This document shows positions 18,760 through 28,213 of a DNA stretch of 64,000 nucleotides, piece after piece. This DNA comes from Methanosarcinales archaeon (GTDB lineage Bacteria > Omnitrophota > Gorgyraeia > Duberdicusellales > 4484-171), in NCBI GenBank assembly GCA_048634245.1, contig JAIWAR010000001.1:13889-77888 (forward strand). Reading direction: 5' to 3'. Each line of letters starts with the position of its first letter. The first letter of the stretch is position 1. Both the position numbers and the translations under genes were made by a program. Under the pieces are notes generated by a model, which had not been told where the DNA came from, did not search any database, and worked only from the letters and a program-made list of their open reading frames with translations.

Positions 18760-20024
18760 GAATCGACGATTTTAAAGAGATCTGCGTTGTCGGTTGGGGG
18801 AGGAGTGGAATTTCCCTTTGCAATCTGCTTTTAAGATTGGGGAAAAAAGTGCGGATTAGTGAGATAGCAGAGGCCGGTTCTTTTCCCGATCAGCTGATTA
18901 ATGATTTTATTAAAAAAGGGGTAAAGGTTGAATTTGGCGGCCATAGCGAAAAGTTTATAAAAGCGGCCAAATTATTAGTTTTAAGCCCCGGAGTAAATCC
19001 GGATCGTTCTCCGCTTTCAGAGATTGCCCAAACCCACAATATACCTTGTGTAGGGGAGATAGAGTTTTCTTCCTGGTTAACCCGGGCAAAGCTAATAGCG
19101 ATTACAGGCACTAACGGCAAGACTACCACAGCCCATCTGATTTACCAGTTGCTTAAACAGAGGAAAAAACGGGTTTTTCTCGGAGGCAATATCGGCATTC
19201 CTTTTTCCTCTTTTGTCTTAGATGCTAAAAAAGGAGATTTTATCGTTTTAGAAGTGAGTTCTTTTCAACTGGAGACTATAGTTGAATTTAGGCCTTATGT
19301 GGCTGCCTTTTTGAATATTGAACCTGACCATCTTGATCGTTATCCGGATTTCAGGGATTATTTTCAGGCCAAGCTAAATATATTTAAAAATCAAGAAAAA
19401 GGCGATTGGGCTATCCTGAATAAAAATATGGATTTTTGTACGCAGGTTAAGAAAGCTGTAAAATGTCAAACAGTTTATTTTTCCGAAGAGTTTCCCAATG
19501 AAAATTTTTCCTGTGCTTATAGAATTGCCGCTGTTTTTGGTCTAGGAAAGGCTGACTGCGGCAGCATCTTCTCTCATTTTTTGGGCCTTCCACATCGCCT
19601 GCAGCAAATTCGGCAGATAAACAAAGTAACTTTTATTAATGATTCTAAAGCCACAAACCCTTCTTCTACAGCCTGGGCTCTTTCTAATACCAAGGCTCCG
19701 ATAATCCTTCTCGCCGGAGGCCGCGACAAGGGGTTAGATTACTCTTTAATCCCGTCCTTCTTAAAGAAGATAAAAAAGGTAAATCTTTTTGGAGAAGCTT
19801 CAGTCAAGATAAAAGAGGCTTTGGGCTTTAAGATAGAGGTTGAGATTTTTCCATCATTAGAGGAAGCGGTTTTGTCTTCTCACCGGGAAGCAGTGCCCGG
19901 AGATACGATTCTTCTTTCTCCCATGTGTGCCAGCTTTGATATGTTTTCCGATTACGAAGATAGAGGCAATAAGTTTACAGAAATCGTGAATAACCTTCCT
20001 TGCACCCCCGAGGTGCAAGGATAA
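18756..20024 (+). CDS. murD: UDP-MurNAc-L-Ala:D-Glu ligase
   Basis: N-terminal Rossmann motif VVGWGRSG and the ITGTNGKTTT motif. Confidence 0.9.
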   Translation: MRIDDFKEICVVGWGRSGISLCNLLLRLGKKVRISEIAEAGSFPDQLINDFIKKGVKVEFGGHSEKFIKAAKLLVLSPGVNPDRSPLSEIAQTHNIPCVGEIEFSSWLTRAKLIAITGTNGKTTTAHLIYQLLKQRKKRVFLGGNIGIPFSSFVLDAKKGDFIVLEVSSFQLETIVEFRPYVAAFLNIEPDHLDRYPDFRDYFQAKLNIFKNQEKGDWAILNKNMDFCTQVKKAVKCQTVYFSEEFPNENFSCAYRIAAVFGLGKADCGSIFSHFLGLPHRLQQIRQINKVTFINDSKATNPSSTAWALSNTKAPIILLAGGRDKGLDYSLIPSFLKKIKKVNLFGEASVKIKEALGFKIEVEIFPSLEEAVLSSHREAVPGDTILLSPMCASFDMFSDYEDRGNKFTEIVNNLPCTPEVQG

Positions 20025-20032
20025 TTTAAGTT

Positions 20033-21136
20033 ATGGTGGGTTTAAAGAGAGAGAGAAGATTTTTGGCTATAGCATTTCTGGCTTTAACTCTTTTTGGTAT
20101 TCTTATGATTTACGAATCATCAAGTGTATACGCGTTTAAGGCTGAAAAAGATGCCGCTTATTTTTTTAAACGGCAGTTTCTTTTCTTTCTTGTGGGCGTA
20201 TTTTTCTTCTTTATTACACTTTTAGCCGATTTAGAATTTTTAAGGCGGCATAGCAAGGAGTTTTTGCTTTTTACTTTCTTTTGCCTGGTGCTGATTATTT
20301 TTATTGGGAAGAAAGCCGGGGGAGCAAAGAGGTGGCTGCAATTAGGATCGTTTGGTTTTCAGCCTTCGGAAATGCTAAAGATTTCTTTTCTGCTTTATTG
20401 CGCGGATTATTGCCGAAGAAAACGAAGCCTTATAAAGAATGTTAGGCTGGGACTTTTTCCTTTGGGGATTGTTTTGTCCGCGGTATGCATTTTGCTTATT
20501 GTACAGCCGGATTTAGGAACAGCTGTTTTTTGGGTTCTTTGGACCATTCTTTTTCTTTTTCTCTTTGGTGCCCGGAAAAAGCATTTAGTTTTTGTTATTT
20601 TGACCGGAGCGACTATATCTTTTTTTCTTATAAAACTATATCCCTATCGTTTGAACCGAATCGTTGCTTATCTTAACCCCTTTGATGATCCCAGGGGGGC
20701 AGGGTTTCAATTGATTCAGTCTCAGATTGCTTATGGAGTTGGAGGTGTTTGGGGAGTGGGGTTAGGTGAAGGCTTGCAGAAGTTGCTTTTTTTGCCGGCG
20801 GCTCATACTGATTTTATTTTTTCAATTATTGCTGAGGAGTTTGGCCTTTGGGGTTCATTGGGTTTAATCTTTATCTTTTTTCTGATATTTCATAAGATGT
20901 CTAAAATCGCGGAATCTTCCCAGGATAGTTTTCGCAGGGGCCTTTTATGGGGCATAATCCTTATTTTTTTTCTAGAGATAGCGATAAATATTGGGGTTAG
21001 TTGCGGCCTTTTTCCTACCAAAGGGCTGCCTTTGCCTTTTATGAGCTACGGGGGAAGTAATTTAGTTGTTCACTGTATTCTTCTAGGCTTATTTTTTAAC
21101 GCTTCCCGCATTGACAAACCCAATACCGCTTATTGA
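20033..21136 (+). CDS. ftsW: SEDS-family peptidoglycan polymerase FtsW
   Basis: Ten-TM SEDS topology. Conserved FtsW/RodA motifs (PDLGTA, HTDFIFS, GLFPTKGLPLPF). Confidence 0.9.
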   Translation: MVGLKRERRFLAIAFLALTLFGILMIYESSSVYAFKAEKDAAYFFKRQFLFFLVGVFFFFITLLADLEFLRRHSKEFLLFTFFCLVLIIFIGKKAGGAKRWLQLGSFGFQPSEMLKISFLLYCADYCRRKRSLIKNVRLGLFPLGIVLSAVCILLIVQPDLGTAVFWVLWTILFLFLFGARKKHLVFVILTGATISFFLIKLYPYRLNRIVAYLNPFDDPRGAGFQLIQSQIAYGVGGVWGVGLGEGLQKLLFLPAAHTDFIFSIIAEEFGLWGSLGLIFIFFLIFHKMSKIAESSQDSFRRGLLWGIILIFFLEIAINIGVSCGLFPTKGLPLPFMSYGGSNLVVHCILLGLFFNASRIDKPNTAY

Positions 21137-21142
21137 GAATTT

Positions 21143-21167
21143 TTGATCAAAGCCAGGCTTTGATCAA
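21143..21167. promoter_or_regulatory. Perfect 25 bp palindrome TTGATCAAAGCC-A-GGCTTTGATCAA, 7 nt after the ftsW stop
   Basis: The 12 bp arms are exact reverse complements. A related copy lies at 39199..39223. Confidence 0.7.
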
Positions 21168-21198
21168 GATAAAAACAACTATAGCGTTAAAATAACCC

Positions 21199-21227
21199 TT
21201 GAACGAGGGCTACAATTTCTTTATAAT
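21199..21227 (+). promoter_or_regulatory. Putative internal sigma70-type promoter upstream of murG (TTGAAC - 17 nt - TATAAT)
   Basis: -35 element at 21199..21204, -10 element at 21222..21227. Confidence 0.45.
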
Positions 21228-21282
21228 ATTAAATACAGGTTCAATTTATCCCCGTAAAATAAGAGTTATTTTTGAAAGATAA

Positions 21283-22299
21283 ATGAAAGTATTATTAGCT
21301 TGCGAGAGAAGTGCCGGCCATATTTTTCCGGCTTTAGCGCTGGGTGAGAAAATAGAAAAAAAATCTAATATTTATTTTTTTGCTACTTCACCCTTTCTTA
21401 AAAAATACATCGAAAAACAAGGGTTTAATTGTTTTGGCAAGAGCTTAGTTTTCCGAAACTTAATTATTGAGGGTACCTGGCGTTTATTTGAGTCTATATA
21501 CCTTATTCTAAAATTGAGGCCGGAGAAAGTTATTGGATTCGGCGGCCGGGATTCATTTTTTCTGGTTTTATTCAGCTCTTTATTAAGGATAAGAACCGTT
21601 ATCTATGAGCCTAATATAAAGCTGGGAAAGGCAAACAGATTTCTTATGCCTTTTGTGGATGAGGTGTTGCGCGGTTTTGAAGGGGGAAGGGGTAAAAAGG
21701 GCAGAACTATCGGTATTCCTTTACGGAAAAATATAAAGAAAATAGATAAGTGCCAGGCTCGGAAGATTTTGAATTTTAAGGAGGAACCGGTTATCTTTTG
21801 TCTCGGAGGTAGTCAAGGTTCGTCTTTTCTTAATCATGTATTTGTAAGGTTTATCCAGAATTTTAAAGGGAATTGCCAGGTAATCCATCTTACCGGAAAG
21901 GATGAGTATCCGGAGATGCTATCCCGATATGCTGAAATAAAGAACAGGAGCTTTGTCAAAGATTTTTATTACCAGGTAGAGGTTTTATACAGCGCTGCTG
22001 ACTTAGTGGTTTCCCGGGCCGGAGCGGTTACTTTGGGAGAAATTTCATTTTATGGACTGCCGGTTATTTTGCTGCCTCATTTTAAGGCTGGCAGCCATCA
22101 GGTGGAAAATGCTTTGTATTTCGAAAGAAAAGGGGCAGCTAAGGTGTATTCGCAGGATGAGTTTTCTTTTGAAGATTTTAGCCGTTCGCTCAATAGGCTT
22201 ATCGAGGATAAGTGTTTGCGCCAAACTATGAAGGATAATTTAGGGAGGATAAAATTAGGGGTTAGCTATGAGGATTTTAATAATAGCAATTATTTTTAG
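21283..22299 (+). CDS. murG: Undecaprenyldiphospho-muramoylpentapeptide beta-N-acetylglucosaminyltransferase
   Basis: GT28 fold. N-terminal ERSAGHIFPALAL motif. Confidence 0.85.
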   Translation: MKVLLACERSAGHIFPALALGEKIEKKSNIYFFATSPFLKKYIEKQGFNCFGKSLVFRNLIIEGTWRLFESIYLILKLRPEKVIGFGGRDSFFLVLFSSLLRIRTVIYEPNIKLGKANRFLMPFVDEVLRGFEGGRGKKGRTIGIPLRKNIKKIDKCQARKILNFKEEPVIFCLGGSQGSSFLNHVFVRFIQNFKGNCQVIHLTGKDEYPEMLSRYAEIKNRSFVKDFYYQVEVLYSAADLVVSRAGAVTLGEISFYGLPVILLPHFKAGSHQVENALYFERKGAAKVYSQDEFSFEDFSRSLNRLIEDKCLRQTMKDNLGRIKLGVSYEDFNNSNYF

Positions 22300-23086
22300 T
22301 ATACTTACCAGTAGTTTCGGTTTCCGGAGAGAAGAAGGCGGGTGTGTTTTTGCAAAACAGAAAGAATTTAATCAGTTGCGCTCTGAACATTTTATAATTA
22401 GCTATAGAGAAGGTGTTGATAAATCATATGTTAGAAAGATAAAGAATATAGCTGAGAAGTATTATCGGATTATAACCCAGGCTTTTAATTTTCACCGGGA
22501 TGAATTCTGGATATGGGAGAATCGGGCTAAGGTTTTTATAGCTAATGACAGGGACGATTACTTAAATAGTTTTAGCTGCGCTCCCTGGTCAACCGCTTGT
22601 GTTCATCATCGCGTGAAGAAAATTTATATTTATCCCGACCAAAAGAATTTTGCCCCCGTTTTTATTCACGAGCTGACTCATATAATTTTTCGTGAACATA
22701 TAGGAGAAGGTGATTTTCCTCTTTGGCTGGATGAGGGGGTTGCTTGTTATATGGAAGATAAGTATGGAGATGGAAATTATAAGAGGGCGCTTAATTTTCT
22801 AAAGAGAAAAATAAAAGATGATACTTATATAAAATTTTCCCAACTAAATAAAGGGACAAGTGATAATTTAGGAGGGAAAGGTGAAGAATATATTAATCTT
22901 TTTTACCTGGAGTCGTTTTCCATAATTAATTTTATTATGAAAAGATATGGGAAGTATAGATTTTCCAGCTTCCTTCGTTTATTGAAGAAGGGGAAAAGAA
23001 TAGAAGAAGCAATGGCTAAGGTTTTTTACGATTTTAAGGATCTCGATAAGTTGGAGGCTAAGTGGAAGGATTACTATCTAAAGTAA
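22268..23086 (+). CDS. Secreted putative zinc metalloprotease (HExxH) inserted between murG and murC
   Basis: Signal peptide. HELTHIIF...EG gluzincin-like motif. No close family recognised. Confidence 0.45.
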   Translation: MRILIIAIIFSILTSSFGFRREEGGCVFAKQKEFNQLRSEHFIISYREGVDKSYVRKIKNIAEKYYRIITQAFNFHRDEFWIWENRAKVFIANDRDDYLNSFSCAPWSTACVHHRVKKIYIYPDQKNFAPVFIHELTHIIFREHIGEGDFPLWLDEGVACYMEDKYGDGNYKRALNFLKRKIKDDTYIKFSQLNKGTSDNLGGKGEEYINLFYLESFSIINFIMKRYGKYRFSSFLRLLKKGKRIEEAMAKVFYDFKDLDKLEAKWKDYYLK

Positions 23087-24459
23087 AGAATATTTATCTG
23101 GTAGGTATCGGCGGAATAGGTATGAGCGGTTTGGCTCTTCTTCTTAAAGATAGAGGCTTTCAGGTTAGAGGCTCAGATAGCAAGGATTCAACAAACGTAA
23201 GAATGTTAAGAGACCGGGGTATCAAAGTTTTTATCGGCCATAGAGAGAGCCAGGTTAGTCGTGATATTGATATTTTAGGCTATTCTTCGGCGGTAGATGA
23301 AGAGAACCCCGAGATCATTCAGGCAAAGAAAAAAGGTTTAAATATTTTTAAGAGAGCCGAACTTTTAGCTGAGCTTTGCAGGGGGAGAAAAACAATTGCT
23401 ATCTCCGGCAGTCACGGGAAGACTACTACTACTTCGTTATTAGGGTATCTTCTTACTTCTTTGGGATATAAGCCGGCAGTATTTGTAGGAGGAATATCTC
23501 TTAATTACTCCCGGGGGGCCTGGTGGGGAGATGATTATTTTGTTATTGAGGCTGATGAGAGTGACGGGAGTTATCTTTGTTTTGACCCCTGGGTGTCTAT
23601 AATTACTAATGTTGACCGTGAACACCTTGATTACTATGGGAGTTTAGAAAAGTTAAGAAAAAGCTTTTTAAAATTTGCTAAAGAAACTCGAGGTAAGGTT
23701 ATAGTTTTCGGTGATGACCCTCATTTAGCAGAAATTTTTTCAGGTATAGATATAGACGGAATTACTTTTGGCTGGGGGAAACAGAATACTTTAGGGGGGA
23801 TGAATTTTAGATTCGATGGTGAATTTAGCTGTTTTGATTTATATATAAAGGAAAAGTTTATTACTTCAGTCAAAACTCCTCTTGTAGGCAGGTACAATTG
23901 CCTTAACACCCTGGCTGTTTTTGCTTTTTTCTATTATTTAGGCGAAGATTTAGAGAAAGTCAAGCAAGCTCTTTTAGATTTTAAGGGAACGAAAAGGCGC
24001 TTTGAAGTAAAGGGGAAAATCAAAGGCGTGACTTTTATTGATGATTATGCTCATCATCCTACAGAAATCAAAGCGGTTTTAAGCGCCGGCAGGCTTTTAA
24101 ACCCTAAGCGTTTATTCGTAATTTTTCAGCCTCATCGTTTCTCGCGGGTTAGTTCATTAAGGCCTGAATTTGTCCAATGCTTTTTTGAAACAGACCACTT
24201 GGTGGTAACTGACATTTATACAGCCTCAGAAGAGAATACATTTGGGGTTAGTGCCAAGAAGCTGGCAGAAGAGACGGGTAAATGTTCAGCTGTTAAGGCA
24301 GAATATATTCCTAAGAATGAACTTATTGCCGGTATTACTTCCCGGCTTAAAGATGGGGATCTTGTATTGGCTTTAGGCGCCGGAGATATAAATATTATGA
24401 TGGAGGATATTCGCAGGTGTTTTCACGAAAGAACGGGTTTAAAAAAGACGTTGATTTAA
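23062..24459 (+). CDS. murC: UDP-N-acetylmuramate:L-alanine ligase
   Basis: GIGGIGMSGLA and ISGSHGKTTTT motifs. Confidence 0.9.
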   Translation: MEGLLSKVKNIYLVGIGGIGMSGLALLLKDRGFQVRGSDSKDSTNVRMLRDRGIKVFIGHRESQVSRDIDILGYSSAVDEENPEIIQAKKKGLNIFKRAELLAELCRGRKTIAISGSHGKTTTTSLLGYLLTSLGYKPAVFVGGISLNYSRGAWWGDDYFVIEADESDGSYLCFDPWVSIITNVDREHLDYYGSLEKLRKSFLKFAKETRGKVIVFGDDPHLAEIFSGIDIDGITFGWGKQNTLGGMNFRFDGEFSCFDLYIKEKFITSVKTPLVGRYNCLNTLAVFAFFYYLGEDLEKVKQALLDFKGTKRRFEVKGKIKGVTFIDDYAHHPTEIKAVLSAGRLLNPKRLFVIFQPHRFSRVSSLRPEFVQCFFETDHLVVTDIYTASEENTFGVSAKKLAEETGKCSAVKAEYIPKNELIAGITSRLKDGDLVLALGAGDINIMMEDIRRCFHERTGLKKTLI

Positions 24460-25271
24460 GAAATTACACTTCAATAAAGATAGGAGGCAGGGCAAAGTAT
24501 TTTTATACTGCCCTGGACCTTGATTGTTTGCGTAGGATTGTTCAGGATATCGGCTCAGATTTTTACCTTTTAGGTAAGGGATCTAATCTTCTTATAAAGG
24601 ATTGTCTGATCTGGAATCCGATAATAAAATTAGGAGATAATTTCAGTTTTATAAAAAAAAAAGGTAACTATTTAGAAGTAGGCGCTTCGACTCCCCTTTC
24701 TTCTTTAATTAAATATTGCCTGGAAAAAGATCTCTTAGGGTTAGAGAATTTAGCGGGTATCCCGGCTACGGTAGGGGGCCTTTTAGCTATGAATGCTGCT
24801 TCTTTTGGCAGAAGTATTTCCGCGGTTGTTGAAGAAGTTACTGTTATGAGCCGGGAGAGTGATATCAAGAAACTTAAAAGTTCGGAGATTTCCTTTGGGT
24901 ATAGGTCTTCAACTCTCGAGAAGTATATTGTTTTAGAGGCCAAATTTAAATTATTTTCAGGAAAAAATTTAAAGCAAAAGGTAGGTGAATTGCTGGCGAG
25001 GCGCCTTGGTCTACAAGACTTTGATTCTCCCAACTGCGGATGTATTTTTAAAAATACTCCGGAGTTTAGCGCGGGTTTTCTTGTTGATTCCTGTCATCTT
25101 AAGGGGCAGCGATGCGGTGGTGCCCAAATTTCTCCGCGGCACGCTAATTTTATTATTAATTTAGGTTCAGCTAAATATAAAGATGTTGCGTATCTGATTC
25201 AAAAGATTAAAGACCAAGTTTATAAAAAGCATAGTATAATCTTACAGGAAGAAATTAAACGCTGGAAATAA
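24417..25271 (+). CDS. murB: UDP-N-acetylenolpyruvoylglucosamine reductase
   Basis: FAD-binding N-terminus (NYTSIKIGGRAKYF). MurB-like C-terminus. Confidence 0.85.
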   Translation: MFSRKNGFKKDVDLRNYTSIKIGGRAKYFYTALDLDCLRRIVQDIGSDFYLLGKGSNLLIKDCLIWNPIIKLGDNFSFIKKKGNYLEVGASTPLSSLIKYCLEKDLLGLENLAGIPATVGGLLAMNAASFGRSISAVVEEVTVMSRESDIKKLKSSEISFGYRSSTLEKYIVLEAKFKLFSGKNLKQKVGELLARRLGLQDFDSPNCGCIFKNTPEFSAGFLVDSCHLKGQRCGGAQISPRHANFIINLGSAKYKDVAYLIQKIKDQVYKKHSIILQEEIKRWK

Positions 25272-25298
25272 AAGAGTTCATAGTACATAGAGCTAATT

Positions 25299-26225
25299 AT
25301 GAAGATAGGAATTTTAGGCGGAGGCATATCAACGGAGAGAGAGATTTCACTTACTTCGGCAAAACAAGCTTATGAAGCTTTGGTCAATAAAGGCCTGAAT
25401 GTTGTTTTTGTTGATATTTTTACTAAAGAGGAAAACGAAGTTAAAAAACTTATCCGCAGCCTAAATATTGATTTAGCTTTTATTGCTCTTCACGGAGAAT
25501 TTGGCGAAGATGGCCGGGTCCAGGAGATTTTAGAAAGTTTAGGTGTTGCTTATACCGGTTCAGGGCCGCGGGCGAGCGCTTTGGCAATGGACAAAATTTG
25601 CTCTAAAGAAGCCTTCAAAGCCAAGAAGGTTCCTAACCCCAATTTTTCAATTTGTTTGAAAGGAGAAAGCATTTGGGCAAAGATTGATTATCCGCTGGTG
25701 GTAAAACCCTGTTCCTCCGGTTCCAGTATAGGCGTTTCTATCGTAAGAGATAGGAGTTTTTTTAAACCGGCGCTTGAGCTGGCTTTTTCTTATTCGGACA
25801 GAGTGATTTTAGAGGAGTATATTGAAGGTAGAGAATTGACGGTTGGGATTTTGGATGATCAGCCTTTAACAATAGTTGAAATTCTTCCTAAAAAAGAACA
25901 TTTTGATTTTGATGCTAAATATAGCAAAGGGATGTGTGATTTTATTGCTCCGGCTTCCTTAGATGAGAGTCTCAGCAGCCAAATCAAGAGTGTAGGTTTA
26001 GCTGCTTATAAGGCTTTGGGGTGCCGGCATTTTTCCCGCGTAGATATCCGTTTAGACAAAAACAACTCTCCCTTTGTTTTAGAGGTTAATACGATACCAG
26101 GGCTGACTCTTCACAGTCTTTTTCCGCTGGCAGCTAAGTGTGCGGGAATCAATTTTGATAATTTAATTCTTAAAATGGTAGAGTTAGCTTTACCCCGTTA
26201 CAAATTAGGAGCGGTAACGGGGTAA
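25299..26225 (+). CDS. ddl: D-alanine--D-alanine ligase
   Basis: ATP-grasp fold. Ddl motifs (HGEFGEDG, VKP...GSSIGV). Confidence 0.9.
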   Translation: MKIGILGGGISTEREISLTSAKQAYEALVNKGLNVVFVDIFTKEENEVKKLIRSLNIDLAFIALHGEFGEDGRVQEILESLGVAYTGSGPRASALAMDKICSKEAFKAKKVPNPNFSICLKGESIWAKIDYPLVVKPCSSGSSIGVSIVRDRSFFKPALELAFSYSDRVILEEYIEGRELTVGILDDQPLTIVEILPKKEHFDFDAKYSKGMCDFIAPASLDESLSSQIKSVGLAAYKALGCRHFSRVDIRLDKNNSPFVLEVNTIPGLTLHSLFPLAAKCAGINFDNLILKMVELALPRYKLGAVTG

Positions 26226-26250
26226 GTTTGATATTTGTAACGGAGGTTGC

Positions 26251-27051
26251 ATGAGAAGAAAGAAGCGCAAAAGGTTTAAGCAATTTAATTTTCATTTAGA
26301 TCCTAAACTAAGCCGATGGGGGAGCCTGGCCTTTTGTTGCCTTATCCTTCTTATCGGAATAGGGTATGCTATCTATACCTCCGGTGTTTTCAAAATAAAA
26401 AAAGAAGATATAAAATCTAACCTTTTTTTGAGTAGGAGCTTAAAAGAAAAAATAAAGGGTAAATCTTTATTCGATGTAGATATTAAATCGCTTTCTTCAA
26501 CCTTCGTAAGAGCGCACCCCGAATATAAAGAAGTCTATGTTTATCGGGTGTTTCCTTCTTGTTTAAAAATTGACGGAGTCGAGAGAATACCTTTTGCCCA
26601 GATAAAAGATAGAAGATTTTACCCGGTAGATAAGGAAGCGATTGTATTAAATGAAGGCAGCCGCCAACTCCTGGATAATCTTATTTTAATAGAGATTGGC
26701 AGTAATAGCCGTAGCCTTAAAAAAGGAAGTAGTGTCAAAAGCAGGAGATTAGAGTATGCTTTTGATTTAATTGAAGCCATAAATGAAGAGGATTTTCTTA
26801 ATGAAGGCCGGGTTGCGCTGATAAACGCCAGTAGCTTAGAGGCTATTGATTTTATCTTTATCCGGAAAAGTTGTGATGCCGGAGACGGCCTTAGCTGTAG
26901 CGGAATAAGGGTAAAAGTGGGCAGGGGTGATTTCAAGCGGAAACTCAAGCTCTTTAAAAACCTTATGGATGATGAGTTAGAAGGCAAGATGTCCTTACTT
27001 AAGTATATAGACCTAAGGTTTAAGAAAGTATATATGGATTTTAAAAGATGA
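26251..27051 (+). CDS. ftsQ: Cell division protein FtsQ/DivIB
   Basis: N-terminal TM helix plus POTRA-like region. Located between ddl and ftsA. Confidence 0.7.
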   Translation: MRRKKRKRFKQFNFHLDPKLSRWGSLAFCCLILLIGIGYAIYTSGVFKIKKEDIKSNLFLSRSLKEKIKGKSLFDVDIKSLSSTFVRAHPEYKEVYVYRVFPSCLKIDGVERIPFAQIKDRRFYPVDKEAIVLNEGSRQLLDNLILIEIGSNSRSLKKGSSVKSRRLEYAFDLIEAINEEDFLNEGRVALINASSLEAIDFIFIRKSCDAGDGLSCSGIRVKVGRGDFKRKLKLFKNLMDDELEGKMSLLKYIDLRFKKVYMDFKR

Positions 27052-28193
27052 GAGGAGTTTGTGCTATTGCTCTAGACAGAGATAAAACTTTTATCTCTTT
27101 TGCGCGCCTCAAGCGAGGTCAGCTTACTTTTCTTGAAGAATCAGAAATTCCTGTTGTAAATTCCGGCGACGATATCGTTTTTTTCTTAAAAGAGAATTTT
27201 GAAACTTTAGATCGAAGGATAAAAGAAGTCGAAGGGAAGTATTCTTGCCGGTGTGAGAAGATTTTTTTAGAATTACCCTGGGAGGCCGCTAAGAGCAAAA
27301 TTGTTGAAGAGACAGTTACTTTAAAGGCACGAAAGAAAATTACTTCCGGGGATATCTCGCGGGCCAAAAAGTACATTGAAGACAAATTTCTCAGCTGGGA
27401 TGATTTTTGTATTCATAATATTGTTATAAACTATGGAATAGAGGACCTTAACTACGAGAAGCCCCCTTTAGGAGTATGGGCAAAGAAGATTAAATTGCAA
27501 TTACTTCTGGTTTGGATTAAAGATAAGATACAAAGGGAGACCGAAGATATTTTTGATAATTTAGATAGAAAATTTGGTGCTATGATTGCTCCCCAAATTA
27601 GTAGATTTTCTTCTGTTTTCACCGGTAAGGATAAAGGGCAGGGTGTGGTTAGCATTGATTACGACCAAAGCCGATTTATAGCCAGAAGCAAAAATAATTT
27701 TATTTTTGGCAAAGGATTCAGTTTTTCTTTTCGCGGAGTAATTGAGCAATTGGCAAAGAGATTTATCCTGGGAACTTCTTTGGCTGAGGAAATATTCCAG
27801 CGCTATATCTCCTTTAAAGAGATACCGTATTTTAAGGAGATAACAGTTAAAGACGCATCCGGCTATGTAAATCTAAGTATTCAGGCTCTCAATTCGTTTA
27901 TTAAAAATTATATTAAGGGTGAAATTTGTTACATCTTGCAAGAAATAAGAGAAGATGTTACCAACGATGATTTTACGATTTCATTCGTTGGCAGATTAAA
28001 CGCTAAAGAGGGGTTTTATGGGTTTTTAAAAAATCACATTCCCTACCCTTTTAAAACTCCGCTTCAGAGATTAACAATTTCGTCTTCTTACGGATGCTTA
28101 CGCTACGGGGTATCTCGTTTTTTAGAAGTTGATCATAAAAATAATGGGTCAGGGTTTCGCCGCATTTTGGATATATATCGTGAATATTTTTAA
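27048..28193 (+). CDS. ftsA: FtsA-like actin-fold protein with degenerate nucleotide-binding motifs
   Basis: CAIALDRDKT resembles the phosphate-1 loop. The region matching phosphate-2 (DIGGGTTD in canonical FtsA) reads VVSIDYDQSRF. C-terminal FSFRGVIEQLAKRFILGTSLAEEIFQRY matches the FtsA adenosine motif region. Confidence 0.55.
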   Translation: MRGVCAIALDRDKTFISFARLKRGQLTFLEESEIPVVNSGDDIVFFLKENFETLDRRIKEVEGKYSCRCEKIFLELPWEAAKSKIVEETVTLKARKKITSGDISRAKKYIEDKFLSWDDFCIHNIVINYGIEDLNYEKPPLGVWAKKIKLQLLLVWIKDKIQRETEDIFDNLDRKFGAMIAPQISRFSSVFTGKDKGQGVVSIDYDQSRFIARSKNNFIFGKGFSFSFRGVIEQLAKRFILGTSLAEEIFQRYISFKEIPYFKEITVKDASGYVNLSIQALNSFIKNYIKGEICYILQEIREDVTNDDFTISFVGRLNAKEGFYGFLKNHIPYPFKTPLQRLTISSSYGCLRYGVSRFLEVDHKNNGSGFRRILDIYREYF

Positions 28194-28213
28194 TATAGAG
28201 ACACACAGATTTT

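Noticed and set aside
20485-20676. 63 aa plus-strand ORF inside ftsW
   Set aside because: It is an alternative frame of a polytopic membrane protein gene, with no independent support.
21143-21167. The 25 bp palindrome as a rho-independent terminator for ftsW
   Set aside because: As RNA the hairpin would have a 1-nt loop, and no U-tract follows on either strand. murG follows immediately and is expected to be co-transcribed.
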